DNA of 64,000 bases from Azolla caroliniana (Eukaryota; Plantae; Polypodiophyta). Position 1 is the stretch's first letter, and every line of letters begins with the position of its first letter. A model generated the notes under the pieces. The model worked only from the letters and a program-made list of their open reading frames with translations. It made no database searches and was not told where the DNA came from. The translations under genes were made by a program, and so were the position numbers. Positions 23,801-35,229 of the stretch are shown here, one piece after another. Where the stretch lies: assembly GCA_043228905.1 (NCBI GenBank), contig JBHGNT010000003.1, positions 6,634,001 through 6,698,000 of the forward strand, given 5' to 3'.

Positions 23801-26800
23801 GGACTTGCAAAGATGCTCTTATCAGCTGCTGAGGTAAACATTAAAACTTGGTGATCAGCAAAAATGTTTATTAACACAAGATTTCAAAATAAAATTTCTG
23901 GTGTTTTTATTTGGGTTTGTTCAGGGGGACCATGCAGCATTATTATCGTCTTTTACTGAGATGGGGTTAAAATTACGCCTTGACATGCCAGAGGATGCAA
24001 TGGAAATAGCAAATTACTTCTTCCGGCGGGCCATCCCTGCAAAAGAATCTATCGTATGAGTGCTTTCTATTCATCTGTTATTTGTTGTAGTTCTGCGTTG
24101 TCATGGGGATAAATACAAATTTTCTTGAAATAGAATGATTTGACAAGTAGAATGTATTGAAATTTGGGCTTTTGTGGGTCATTAATTGTATGCAGGACAT
24201 TACAGATTTTTTCATATGGAATCGCTGAGTACAAAATGCATAATATTCATTCATTAGATAACATAAAGTCATTGATTAGCATGCATGAGGTCATTTGCAC
24301 AAACAATAACATCTTTGCAGTGTCAGTAATATAGCCTAAAAGACAACTTTCAAGAAAGTTTTCGCTGGTATTTCACAAATCCCAAAGATTATTTATGTAT
24401 GTTCATGAAATGACCTCAGGTTTGACAATCCCTAAGATCATTGGTATATGTTCCTCGTTGGAAGTTTTTGGTGGTTTTACAAAATAGCTTAAACCTCATT
24501 GTGCAACCTCTCATAATTTTTCCAGCCCACATAATTTACTTTCTAGTATTGGTTTCTTGATTTATAGATCAGGTGGGTAAAAAACATGGAAATGGAAACT
24601 ACTCTATATTGCCGAGAAGAATCTGAACATCCTCACATGGATTGTGTGAAAATGTGGCATGTTTTTTGAACTAGCTTGAAATCCAATTTAATATGCAAAA
24701 GATTTTATGTGAAGTATTTTTGAGATAAATGTGTTATTGTCGAGCTATTCACATTTGAAGTTGTTCTGATGGTTTTAAAATAAATTTTTTGGGTGTACCA
24801 TATGCTCAAGTCTGCACTTGATATGTGAACAGGAAGATTTTAAAATTCACTCTAAAGAAGCAGAGAAACGCATGAAGCGTCTTCAAGAGAGAATGAAACA
24901 GGAAATTGGCGTCAATGCCAAGAAAAGTTCTTATCGTAACCCTGTACGTATAGCTTAATTTGTTCATATTGGACATAGCATAATTTACATTAAGAGTAGT
25001 TCTATTGATCGGCTTCTTAATTCTATTTCAGGTGGATGCGTTCCCGGGTGATGCCATTTTTTTCATGAGAGTGCTAAATCTTCTAAGAGGTTTTTACTTG
25101 TTATGCTCTTTATAAACCTCATAAACAGCATATGGATAACTCTATCCATAGATGATGTTTTCCTGACAGGGGAATTGTTACTTCCTTAATGCTATTCCAT
25201 AGTAGCACTTCCTTACAAATTATTAACCAATCTGTATTGACTTTGTATTATTATTACTATTATTATTATTATACATTACATATATGAATACGACCAACTT
25301 TCTAATTGTAACCTCACAAGTGGAAAGTAAGAATTGATTGTGATGTAGGCTAGTTTCTGTGGATCCTATTAACTGAATTCCCTTAGATGGTAATAATCCT
25401 GATTGGAGTGAAATAGACATGAGATGACCTGACGTATGTACTTGTATGTATTTGTTAGATATACATATATTAAATATACAGGGGCTTTGGATTAATCGTA
25501 TTAGTTCACTGTGGAATATGCTTCAAAATGTATCTTAGTCTCACTAGAGCCAAATTCATTGACCATTAACTTCAGGGGATCAGAAAAAAAGAAATAATTT
25601 GTATAAATTTGTACATCCAATAATTTATTTGATCAATTGTTCTAATGCAAATTTTCAGTCTTTCCCCATCATTTTCTGCCTTTGTATTTGGTGGATATGT
25701 ATGATATTGTGTTTACATTCATATGCAACATCTGTATGTTCATATGCATGCAAGCTTTCTAGTCAACACTCTATTTAAGCTAGCATTGCAGATTGTTGGA
25801 GAGGGCTACTCATCACAGGAGGAAAACTAGGGGCGAAAGAAGAAATTATTGGGTTCTGTAGAGATTAGTAAAATTAATGTACATGTAAAATGTGTCATAA
25901 ACAGCCTTGGAGCACCGGGGCTTGGTATTTTGTTTATGCATGAATACAGAAATTAAGGAAATTTCTTTCAGCATATTCAAGAGACAAAGTAACAATGTTC
26001 AAAAGTTGTTTTTTTTATCATTGCAGGATTATCATCAATGCTTGGTGCTCGTGTGGTGTATCTTGATATCATGCGGCCATTTGCAGAGACAGCTCTCCAG
26101 AGGTACTCTATGCTTGGACTGGAAATTCTCCTCTCTTAACTGTGTTTCTAGTGAACAAGATAAAGCTGATGCATACATGTATGTGCGTATGTGCATATGT
26201 ATATATGTATGTATGTTTGTGTGTATGTGCATATGTATGTATATATGTATGTATGTATGTAGGTGTGAGTACTGAAAAATGGGTTCATTCTATTTTACAT
26301 TATTATTTTCTTTCCTTACAGTGAGAAAGCTCTGAAATTTGGCTCTGGCATAGATGCAAGTAACTGGATCAATAGTGGTCCTGTACACTCTGAAGTAGAA
26401 TCCAAATTGCAGAATCTTTTGATAGATCTGGGGCAGCAGAATAAAATTCTTGGCATTCAAGTATATCGCTTCACTTGCAAACACATTATTGAACTTTGGT
26501 TTCAAATGGTAGTCTGATTAAATTAACCTGAAAATATTTAGGTTTGTGCATATCATAATGGTGAAGTCATCATAGATACCGCAGCTGGATACCTTGGGAG
26601 GTATGATCCAAGGCCTGTCCACAATGACAGCTTGTTTCCAGTATTTTCAGCTACAAAGGCAGTTACTGCTGGGCTTGTTCACTGGTTAGTAGACCAAGGG
26701 TAAGTAAACAGTGTTGTTTTTTTATTGTTCCTGCTTATGTTCTTCTTTGTGTTTGAAGTATCTAGAACTCATGTACAATTTTAGAATTTAGCAGTTACTG

Positions 26801-28748
26801 ATATTTTTAACACGAGAGTATGTGTCCATTATTTTGAATTTAAAGTAATGTCTAGAAAGAATATGCCTAACATGTGAAATATTATAAGGTCGTGTCTATG
26901 AGTATTAATACCACTGCAATCTAGTTTAGAGGACCATTTAATTTAAAGATTTTGAAATAAACCAAGTCACTCTTGATTGAGCTTCCATCTTTTTCCAAAC
27001 ACAACTTTAATGAAGTATGATATACACATTATTTCTGATTGTAATTAGAAGTGTGGGCAGATCAATCCAGAAATGACTTGAAAGTGTGTTTCTAATTTGT
27101 TATTGAGAGGTCTCATAATGAGCATAATGCTTCACTTGATATTTTTCATTCTGGACTGACACTTTCATTAGTGTATATTCTATGAGGTCCAGGAATATTA
27201 CCCGCTAGAATATATAGTTTATCTGGAATAATCTGTTCTTTTGTTTCCTGGTCTGGTTGTTTACAGAAAAGTGAGGCTGAATGATAAGGTATCTACAATT
27301 TGGCCAGAGTTTGGCGTAAATGGTAAAGAGGACTGCACGGTAAAGAATTGAAGACACTGTTTTACTTGATTTCCTTGGCAATGGTTATAATTCTAAAAGA
27401 TTGAAAATGTGTAGATAGCAAATGTGCTCAATCACACTGCAGGGTTACACAATGCTTTATCTGATCAGTTTAAGGATGATCCTTTTATAATGTGCAACTG
27501 GGATGAGATGTTGAAGCAAATTGCAATGGCTGCACCGGATACTTCACCAGGCACAAAGCAAACATATCATGCTCTTACATATGGGTGGTTGTGTGGTGGA
27601 ATTATTGAGGTATATGCTGCTCTATGTATGTTTGTATGTTTTCGGCTCAGGTCTATGTCATGAGAAAACCCATGAAACGTTATTTGCAATGTCAGAGAGC
27701 TTCGGGAAAGAAATTCCAAGAGTTACTGGAGGAGGTTCTCGTTCACCCTCTCGGTGTTGAAGGAGAGTTTTATATTGGCATTCCTCCTGGTGAGCACTGG
27801 ATGATCATCAGCTTTGGACTTAAATTGATCCTTAATGTTACAAGTTACAACTGTTCTTTTCAGTAGCTAATATCACTGTTCTTCATAGGTGTGGAGTCTC
27901 GTCTGGCATCATTAACACTTGACATGGAGGAATTTGAGCATGCAAAAGGTTCTGTGAATAGCATGGGCAATGGCCCTCAGTCTGGCTATTCAACTGTTGG
28001 GACTGCTTCCATTGCTGGAAGTGTAGCCGATGACTTCTTTTCTGTTGTAGCAGCGATGCCTGTCCTCTTTAATATGTTATTCATCAGAAGAGCAGTTATA
28101 CCAGCAGCAAATGGGCATTTTTCAGCTCGAGCATTGGCGCGCTATTATGCGGTGCTTGGGGCAAGTGCAGATTGTGATGCATCTGTATATACCTCATCTA
28201 GCAAACCACCTTTAGGAAGCCATCCTCAAATACCAACTTTGCAGCCAAAGGATGCGAAGGATGTCAACACTAGATGTAGAAGAAAAGGACAAAAGGTCGA
28301 TAAAGAAGAGTTAAGTGAGGAGTCAACCAATGGTGATTCTTCTTCACACTCTGCAAAGAAGCTTTTCAAGGACCCTAAAATACATAATGCATTCTTAGGG
28401 ACGGAGGAATATGATGATCTTGCCCAAACTGCTGGTCCCTTTGGTTTAGGCTTTCGTAGATATACTTTGAGTGAAGGTACAAACAACAGGTATTTGGCAT
28501 TTGGCCATTCTGGCATAGGTGGGTGTACAGCCTTTGCTTCCCCAGAACACAATTTTGCTTTAGCAATCACCATTAATAAGATGTCAAGAGGCAGTGTAAC
28601 AGCTAAGATTGTGAAGTTCATTTGTGCTGAGTTAAATTTGCCTTGCCCGGATCAATATGCAGAACATAGTATGATGGGTCCTGATATGAATTTAGGGTTG
28701 AAAACCCCCATTTCAGAATCGGTTAGTTTAGAGCTATCTTCTGATTAA
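20889..28748 (+). CDS. ABC1K11: ABC1/UbiB atypical kinase fused to C-terminal beta-lactamase-fold domain (ABC1K11-like), ~963 aa, 18 coding exons
   Basis: Exons with GT-AG borders and consistent phase: 20889-20963, 21369-21596, 21703-21789, 21928-22017, 22102-22228, 23265-23365, 23457-23625, 23712-23833, 23925-24053, 24833-24943, 25032-25089, 26027-26102, 26322-26460, 26542-26699, 27267-27339, 27415-27609, 27696-27789, 27889-28748. ABC1 motifs: VKLGQYLSTRAD, LATASISQVH, VVVKVQ, GDPHPGN, LDFG. Beta-lactamase motifs: FSATK (SxxK), LNHTAGL, FGHSGIGG. Confidence 0.93.
20973..21233. repeat. intronic tandem repeat, 3 units of ~80-95 bp
   Basis: TATCCTT.A.TC.AATCTAAT...ATGTGAGATT...AAGTTTAAGTGAA is repeated three times. 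Confidence 0.8.
22643..22873. mobile_element. hAT-like MITE (231 bp) in an ABC1K intron
   Basis: TIRs TAGGAATCAGCAAC / GTTACTGACTCCTA (12/14 match) with internal AACCG/CGGTT motifs. The TSD is not clean. Confidence 0.65.
26173..26261. repeat. (TATG/TG)n degenerate microsatellite
   Basis: Directly visible in an intron. Confidence 0.85.
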
Positions 28749-30163
28749 ATATTCTCATTTAGAAATTTTTACCTTTGTCAAAAATGTATTATTCCTCAAT
28801 TTTTTGGATACCCTTGAAGATGGTTATCCACTATAAAAGTGTAAAGATGTGAACTATTTGTACACCAAAATGGAGACACTTCATATATGGGAAAAAGAAA
28901 TAAACACAGATTACATATGCTTCTCAATATTTCCATTTGCAAACTGCAATGATTAAGAAGACTAGAAATGTTCAACGATTATGTGGTTGGTTCCAACACA
29001 TTTTCCACAGAACCCAAAATCTGGTCTCCAAATATTAACTTCCAAAGGATCAGGATGTTACTTTATATGTAGATCAAAGGTATGGGAATGTCACTCCACC
29101 ATTTTGTCATAGAAGTCAATACAACTCAAGATGTATATTCAATCGATGTCTTTCTTTGCTAAAGGAAATGTGGTAGAGGTGTTTGAAATGCTTTCCGTCA
29201 AGACTAGTACATTTGGTAACCATTTGTGTGTTCACTCCATAGATTAACAGGCTTAAAATAAAAGGCTGTATTTGAATAATAGCATATGCTAATGTCTGAA
29301 GATGGTCATTTGATTAAGCTGTTTGTAGTTGTACGTTTTAAGAATATTATATCCACATACATTCGTGTTCACTAATAAAGGGATGTTTTTTGTCATTTGG
29401 CTACATGAACAAGTTTTCTAAATGAATATTTTTCTCAAAATATTGAATAACATGACCCATCTTTATTTTGGCGTTTTACTTTTGCATGAGCTTAGTTTGT
29501 AAAGCAATTTGAGAGATTTGTCCTTGCGGTTAATAATATAAAGGCAATATTGTGAACTGTAAGGGTTATGAATCTGATGAATTTCATACCAAAGTATCTT
29601 CAATGTGAATTGTATAGTAATTATCCAACCTCTCTCCCACCCTGTCTACTTGATCCAGCAAATGCTATTGGTTGACCATTTTGAGTAGTGACACAGGCTG
29701 TTTATTTATTTTTATACGAACTGCTACAAAATTAACTTGAATGCAATGTGTGAACCAATCTTGTTCTTGAGTATCTTCATATCCAACATTGAACTTTCAC
29801 CTTCGAAGCTCAAACCCACAGAAGACACCAAGATTATTTTGAGGAACACAACTCTATCAATAATGTTGTCTCATGTTTAAGCTTCTTGTGAGGTTGACAT
29901 CTTTGGAATTTCCTTTCACTTAAATTCAGGAGCTGTGGCAACTATTCATGTCAGAGATATTTCAAAGCATTTTTTTTTTTATATTGAGATGAGGAAAGCC
30001 TCAATTTGAGGTTTAACCCCACCAAAGAATGTTAATTTACGAAATACAGTAACAAAAGTGGCTTCACACTACACATGGCTCCACTCTAGTATTCCCACAC
30101 AAAGTTGGCTTTACTATGGGTTTTATTGGTACGTAAAAAAACTAAGACAACGAGTAGAACCAT

Positions 30164-33100
30164 TTATGCTATCCCTTCAAAAGCAACATTACCATGCATT
30201 CTGCAATGTTGAATCAACGAAGTCCAACCTGCAGTGTTTGATTCCAATGGGAAAGTCACTAGGAGGTCTTTGGCATCACTCAAAAACCCTGCTCGCCCAA
30301 GGATATCCACCATGTGATTGCAATGCTCCATAGTTGTGCTTAAACCATGTTTTTGTGTAATGGAATTGAAGTGGATCCAACCTTGGTCAACCAAACCCAT
30401 AGAGCTGCATGCTGATAGGATACAAGAAAATGTGACCTCATCTGGCATACAACCTTCTTGTTGCATATTGTGAAAATAGTGTATGAAGGTCTGATGCCCA
30501 GAATACCGGGAAAGACCAGATATCATGGTGGTCCATGTTATTACATTTCTATCGGGTAACATATCAAATACTTTACATGCAGCTTGTGGTTCTCCGCATT
30601 TTATGTACATGTTCATAAGAGCACTTCCAGTAGTAGTATCTTCATTGAAATTTTTCTCAATCATATGATGGTGAAGCTCTAATGCAACTGTCCTATCAGA
30701 ACATGTTCTTAGAATGCTCAGGACTGTGAGTTGAGTTGGATCACATCCCTCACTCAGCATTTGGCCAAAAAGGCTATATGCCCATAGTTCTTTCTGCCCA
30801 TTAGCAAGGCCTCCAATCATACAGCTCCATGTATCTTCATCTTTTATTGGGATGATGGCAAACAATCTGTATGCATCTTTGAGGCTGTTGCAGTTTATAT
30901 ACATGTCTAGAAGGGCATTTGCAATTCTTTTATTGGAAATGAAACCACTTTGTAAGATGTAGAAATGGATTAATCTGCCCTGATGCACCGCACCACCATG
31001 TGAACATGCTCTTAGCATGCACATGAATATCACTGCGTCTGGAGTTACACTACGTTGAAACATTTTCTCACAAAATAAAAGAGCCTTATCTTCAAGTGCG
31101 TGTTGGACATAACCTGAAATTATAACACTCCATGCCATTAAATCAGGGTTTGGAACTGCATTGAACATCCTCTCTGCAGCCTCCATGCTCCCACATTTAA
31201 CATACATTTTTAGAAGTTTGTTGCTGAGACAAGATGTCAGGGTTAAATCACCCTCTCCAATAAGTGAATGAACAAGTTGTCCATGGAATAAATCCGAAGG
31301 GTCTACAAAGGCATTCAACAGACACACATATGTAATTTGGTTTGGACACAAGCCACTTTCTTGCATCTTTTGGAAGAGTACCAAACCCTTTTTCCTCTGG
31401 CCAGGATGACTACATGCTGCTGCTATCATTGCATTCCATGTCACTGCATCATGAATTGGCATTCCATTATACACATTTTTAGCATCATTGAAGCTTTGAC
31501 ACTTAAGATACATGTTGATGAGCGCATTACAAATCAGCAGGTTGCATTCAAACCCTTCTGTGGTAATAAGACCATGAACACACCAGCCGTGATCTAAGGA
31601 TTGCTTTCTAGTACACACTATGATCATGTACAAATAAGTGACTACATTGAGCTCCAGATCAGTCGATTCCAACTCTTGCAAAAGCATAAGTGTCTCCTCC
31701 AAGTCACCATGATTCACATATCCACCAATCATTGCATTCCATGTCACTACATTCTTTTTAGGTAACGTGTTAAAGACATTACGTGCTTCAGATATTCTGC
31801 CACATTTCGCATACATGCTAATCAGGGTCGTTATAACACAAATTTTAGAATCATACCCATATATAATAGTGTGGGTATGCAATATATTCCCCTCTCGGAA
31901 GGTTTCTATGCAATTAGAAAATGCTTTGAGAATACCAATACATGTAGATTGGGTGAATTCCAGGACAGATTGTAGCATTTCTTGGAAAATCTGGACAGCT
32001 TTTTTATTGTTACCACTTTGTGCATAAGCTGTAATTATTTGAACCCAAGTGCCAGAATCATGCACAGCTAAGTTTCTGAACACCTCATGCATGGCATCAA
32101 GCCTACCATGTTTTATATACATGCTTATCAGGATATTTCCTAGAGTCAATTGCTGCTCAAATCCATTCTCAATTACATAACAATGTATGATTTTGGCATC
32201 TACAAGACTGCAGCATGACCTCAAAATGATAACATAGGTTGTCTGATTTGGCAATATGCACTCTTGCAGCATCTGGTAGAAGAAGCGAAAAGCAGTATTA
32301 TTCTCCACAAAATGATAACAAACTTCCATCATTGAACTGAAGGACACAGCATCCTTACATGATAAACTATCGAAAACCTGATATGCATCAAGCATGCAGC
32401 TACCTTTTACATACATATTCATGAGGGAGTTTTGTATGCACGATTCAGTATCAAATTGACTTTCAATAATGTGTGCATGAATCTTTCTGCCTTGATCTAC
32501 CATTGGCGCCTTAGAACATGCCTTTAAAATGCCAAGGAATGTAGCCAGACTGGCTTTTATTCCTTCTTGCTGCATTTGGTTAAAAACATGGAACGCCTTG
32601 TCAATCTGCTTATGTAATGTGTGCCCTAAAAGCAACGCATTGCACATTACTTCATTTCTCCTAGGCAATCGAATAAAAATCATCTCTGCGTTTTCTACAC
32701 TCCCACATTTGCAATACATATCAATAAGGATGCTTTGCATGGATAAACCCGGCTCAATACCATTTTCTACAATGCATGCATGGACAACTTGGCCATGCTC
32801 TAAGTCTTCCATGTTGGAGCATGCCTTCAGTATAGAAACATAAGTGGCATTAGTTGGGTTTACAGAGCACTCTAACATTTTTGTGTATATCTCAAGAGCT
32901 TCCTCAAAACACCCTCCTTGGACATAGCCTGCAATCAATGCATTCCACGTTACAACATCTCGCTCAGCCAAGGCATTAAAAATTGATTTAGCATGTTCAA
33001 AGTCCCCATATTTAGCATACATGCTAATAAGGGAATTTGCAATGAATATATTTGAGGCAAACCCAACACTAATAACTTGTGCATGGATTTGTTTTCCTTG

Positions 33101-33484
33101 TATAGTTTCTGTACTCGTGCAAGCTTTAAGGACAGCAACCATTACATGACCATTTGGCTCTATGAGCGAATTTCTCATGATTTGAAATAGTTGAATTGCT
33201 TTGTCATTCAATCCATACTTAGTATGTGCTGTGATGATAGAATTCCAGGAGAAAGCATCAGGTTTATCCAGTTCATAGAAGACTTTAGTGGCATCCATTA
33301 AACTTCCACATGAAGAGAACATATGGATAAGAAGACTACACAGGAAAGAGTCCGCTGTAAGGCCCCCATTCACAATAAGGTGATACAGGTTCCTTCCGCC
33401 TGTTAAATCTTCCCTTTGGCTACACCTTTGGATCATGAGGAGAAGTATTTTCCTGGAAGGCAAGGTTGCCTGCCATGGCCCCAT
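30164..33484 (-). CDS. PLS-class pentatricopeptide repeat protein with truncated E domain, 1106 aa (candidate organellar RNA editing factor)
   Basis: Single long ORF of P-L-S triplets (SLISMYAKYG..A..IF...DVVTWNALI). It ends HCNHMVDILGRAG...WTSLIQHCRMHGN. No DYW domain. The true start is uncertain. Confidence 0.93.
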   Translation of the reverse strand: MGPWQATLPSRKILLLMIQRCSQREDLTGGRNLYHLIVNGGLTADSFLCSLLIHMFSSCGSLMDATKVFYELDKPDAFSWNSIITAHTKYGLNDKAIQLFQIMRNSLIEPNGHVMVAVLKACTSTETIQGKQIHAQVISVGFASNIFIANSLISMYAKYGDFEHAKSIFNALAERDVVTWNALIAGYVQGGCFEEALEIYTKMLECSVNPTNATYVSILKACSNMEDLEHGQVVHACIVENGIEPGLSMQSILIDMYCKCGSVENAEMIFIRLPRRNEVMCNALLLGHTLHKQIDKAFHVFNQMQQEGIKASLATFLGILKACSKAPMVDQGRKIHAHIIESQFDTESCIQNSLMNMYVKGSCMLDAYQVFDSLSCKDAVSFSSMMEVCYHFVENNTAFRFFYQMLQECILPNQTTYVIILRSCCSLVDAKIIHCYVIENGFEQQLTLGNILISMYIKHGRLDAMHEVFRNLAVHDSGTWVQIITAYAQSGNNKKAVQIFQEMLQSVLEFTQSTCIGILKAFSNCIETFREGNILHTHTIIYGYDSKICVITTLISMYAKCGRISEARNVFNTLPKKNVVTWNAMIGGYVNHGDLEETLMLLQELESTDLELNVVTYLYMIIVCTRKQSLDHGWCVHGLITTEGFECNLLICNALINMYLKCQSFNDAKNVYNGMPIHDAVTWNAMIAAACSHPGQRKKGLVLFQKMQESGLCPNQITYVCLLNAFVDPSDLFHGQLVHSLIGEGDLTLTSCLSNKLLKMYVKCGSMEAAERMFNAVPNPDLMAWSVIISGYVQHALEDKALLFCEKMFQRSVTPDAVIFMCMLRACSHGGAVHQGRLIHFYILQSGFISNKRIANALLDMYINCNSLKDAYRLFAIIPIKDEDTWSCMIGGLANGQKELWAYSLFGQMLSEGCDPTQLTVLSILRTCSDRTVALELHHHMIEKNFNEDTTTGSALMNMYIKCGEPQAACKVFDMLPDRNVITWTTMISGLSRYSGHQTFIHYFHNMQQEGCMPDEVTFSCILSACSSMGLVDQGWIHFNSITQKHGLSTTMEHCNHMVDILGRAGFLSDAKDLLVTFPLESNTAGWTSLIQHCRMHGNVAFEGIA

Positions 33485-33529
33485 GGTCTTATGCAGCTGT
33501 TTATACTAGCTTTTCAGCCACTGCATCAC

Positions 33530-34612
33530 ATCTGTCATGCTTTCATAGCATACTTACCACATGGTCACCATATCAATACATTATAAAATACAACCATAGG
33601 ATATATAACACATCCTGAACCTAGTCATCATATCAATACTTTCTACATCACAATTTCCATGTGACCATAGCATACATACCACATTCCATACCTGGTCACC
33701 ATTCACACATACTACATTCCGTGATGATTATGGATGTACGTGAGGTTGACTGAGAATGATTCACTGAGAAGAAATGCATGCCATCATTTTCCATCACATC
33801 TTTCACTTGAATATGATAGAATACAGACCACATTCTGTACCTCAGCTTGCAAATGAAGTTTCGAAATAGAAAAGCATGGCCTCATACTAGTACATCATAA
33901 CTTCCATATGATCATAGCAAACATACTACGTTCTGAAAAGATATCATGCCCATATCCAAACTTCTGTGTGATGATAGTATACATACCAGATTATGGGAAG
34001 ATAATCATTCCATGATTCTACATCAAAACTCCAATGTGGTGACAATATACATCCCAGGTACTGAGAAGCTAATAACGCCATGATTCTATATAAAAAATTC
34101 CATGCAGTCACGACAAGCATATCAGGTTCTGAGAAGATAATCATGCCATGATTCTACGTAAAAACTTCCATTGATCATAGCATACGATCCAGAGGACATA
34201 ACCATGCTAGCAATTTACATCACAATTCCATTGATCATAGCATACGATGCCGAGGAGATAACCATGCCACCTTTTTACATCACAATTTCCATGTGATCCT
34301 AGCATACGATCCCCAGGAGATAACCATGCCACCATTTTACATCACAATTTCCATGTCATCATAGCATACCATTCCGAGGAGATAACCATACCACCATTTT
34401 ACATCACAATTTCCATGTGATCCTAGCATACGATCCCCAGGAGATAACCATGCCACCATTTTACATCACAATTTCCATGTCATCATAGCATACCATTCCG
34501 AGGAGATAACCATACCACCATTTTACATCACAATTTCCATGTCATCATAGCGTACATACCGCATGCTGAGAAGCTAACATGCCAGGATTCTACATCAAAA
34601 CTTCCATGTGAT
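33530..34612. repeat. ~62-bp minisatellite array upstream of the PPR gene
   Basis: Unit ~GATCATAGCATACGATCCGAGGAGATAACCATGCCACCATTTTACATCACAATTTCCATGT. Near-identical at 34173-34552, progressively degenerate toward 33530. Confidence 0.9.
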
Positions 34613-34811
34613 CAGAACAAAACATACAAATTTGTGTACCTGGATTCCATATCAGAGGCATGGATGCTTCCATCATCAAAAATGATCCAGAATCCAGATG
34701 AGCTACCGGGTGGGAGAAAACCAGCTAATCGTTCTCCATCACAACCGATCATGTTGAAGAGGAAAGAATTGTTGCATTGCTGCTACATACGGTACCATGA
34801 TAGAGAGAGTG

Positions 34812-34985
34812 TGTGATATGATGATGGGCATGGTGAATGGGCATGATGATGATGTATGTGATGATGACGATGGGATGGTGATGATGTATGTGATGATGAT
34901 GATGATGGGCATGGTGAATGGGCAACATGATGATGATGGGCATGGTGGATGGGCATGATGATGATGATGATATGATGTATATGTT
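34812..34985. repeat. (ATG)n/GGGCATG low-complexity repeat
   Basis: Directly visible. Confidence 0.85.
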
Positions 34986-35229
34986 GTCGGTAAAAATGCC
35001 CATCGGAAGCCCATCGGTAAAAATGCACGATAAGTACTTTAATGCTCATACGAGCAACTGACAGTGACTCCTAAAAATATGCCTACGTACTAGGCTAGAT
35101 TCGTAGGCCTCTAACGGCCTACCGGCTCTTGGTTCCGGATACCATCCGGACACCAATCCGGCTTTGGCTTATTCAGCCAATCCGGATCGGGTTGAGCTTG
35201 TCCGCTCAACACCTTCCATAAGACTAGAT

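Noticed and set aside
26542-28748. Recent bacterial transfer of a beta-lactamase resistance gene
   Set aside because: The domain is split by spliceosomal introns and fused to ABC1 as in the known plant-wide gene.
34739-35049. His/Ile/Ser-rich ORFs in three minus frames
   Set aside because: Translations of a (CAT)n low-complexity repeat.
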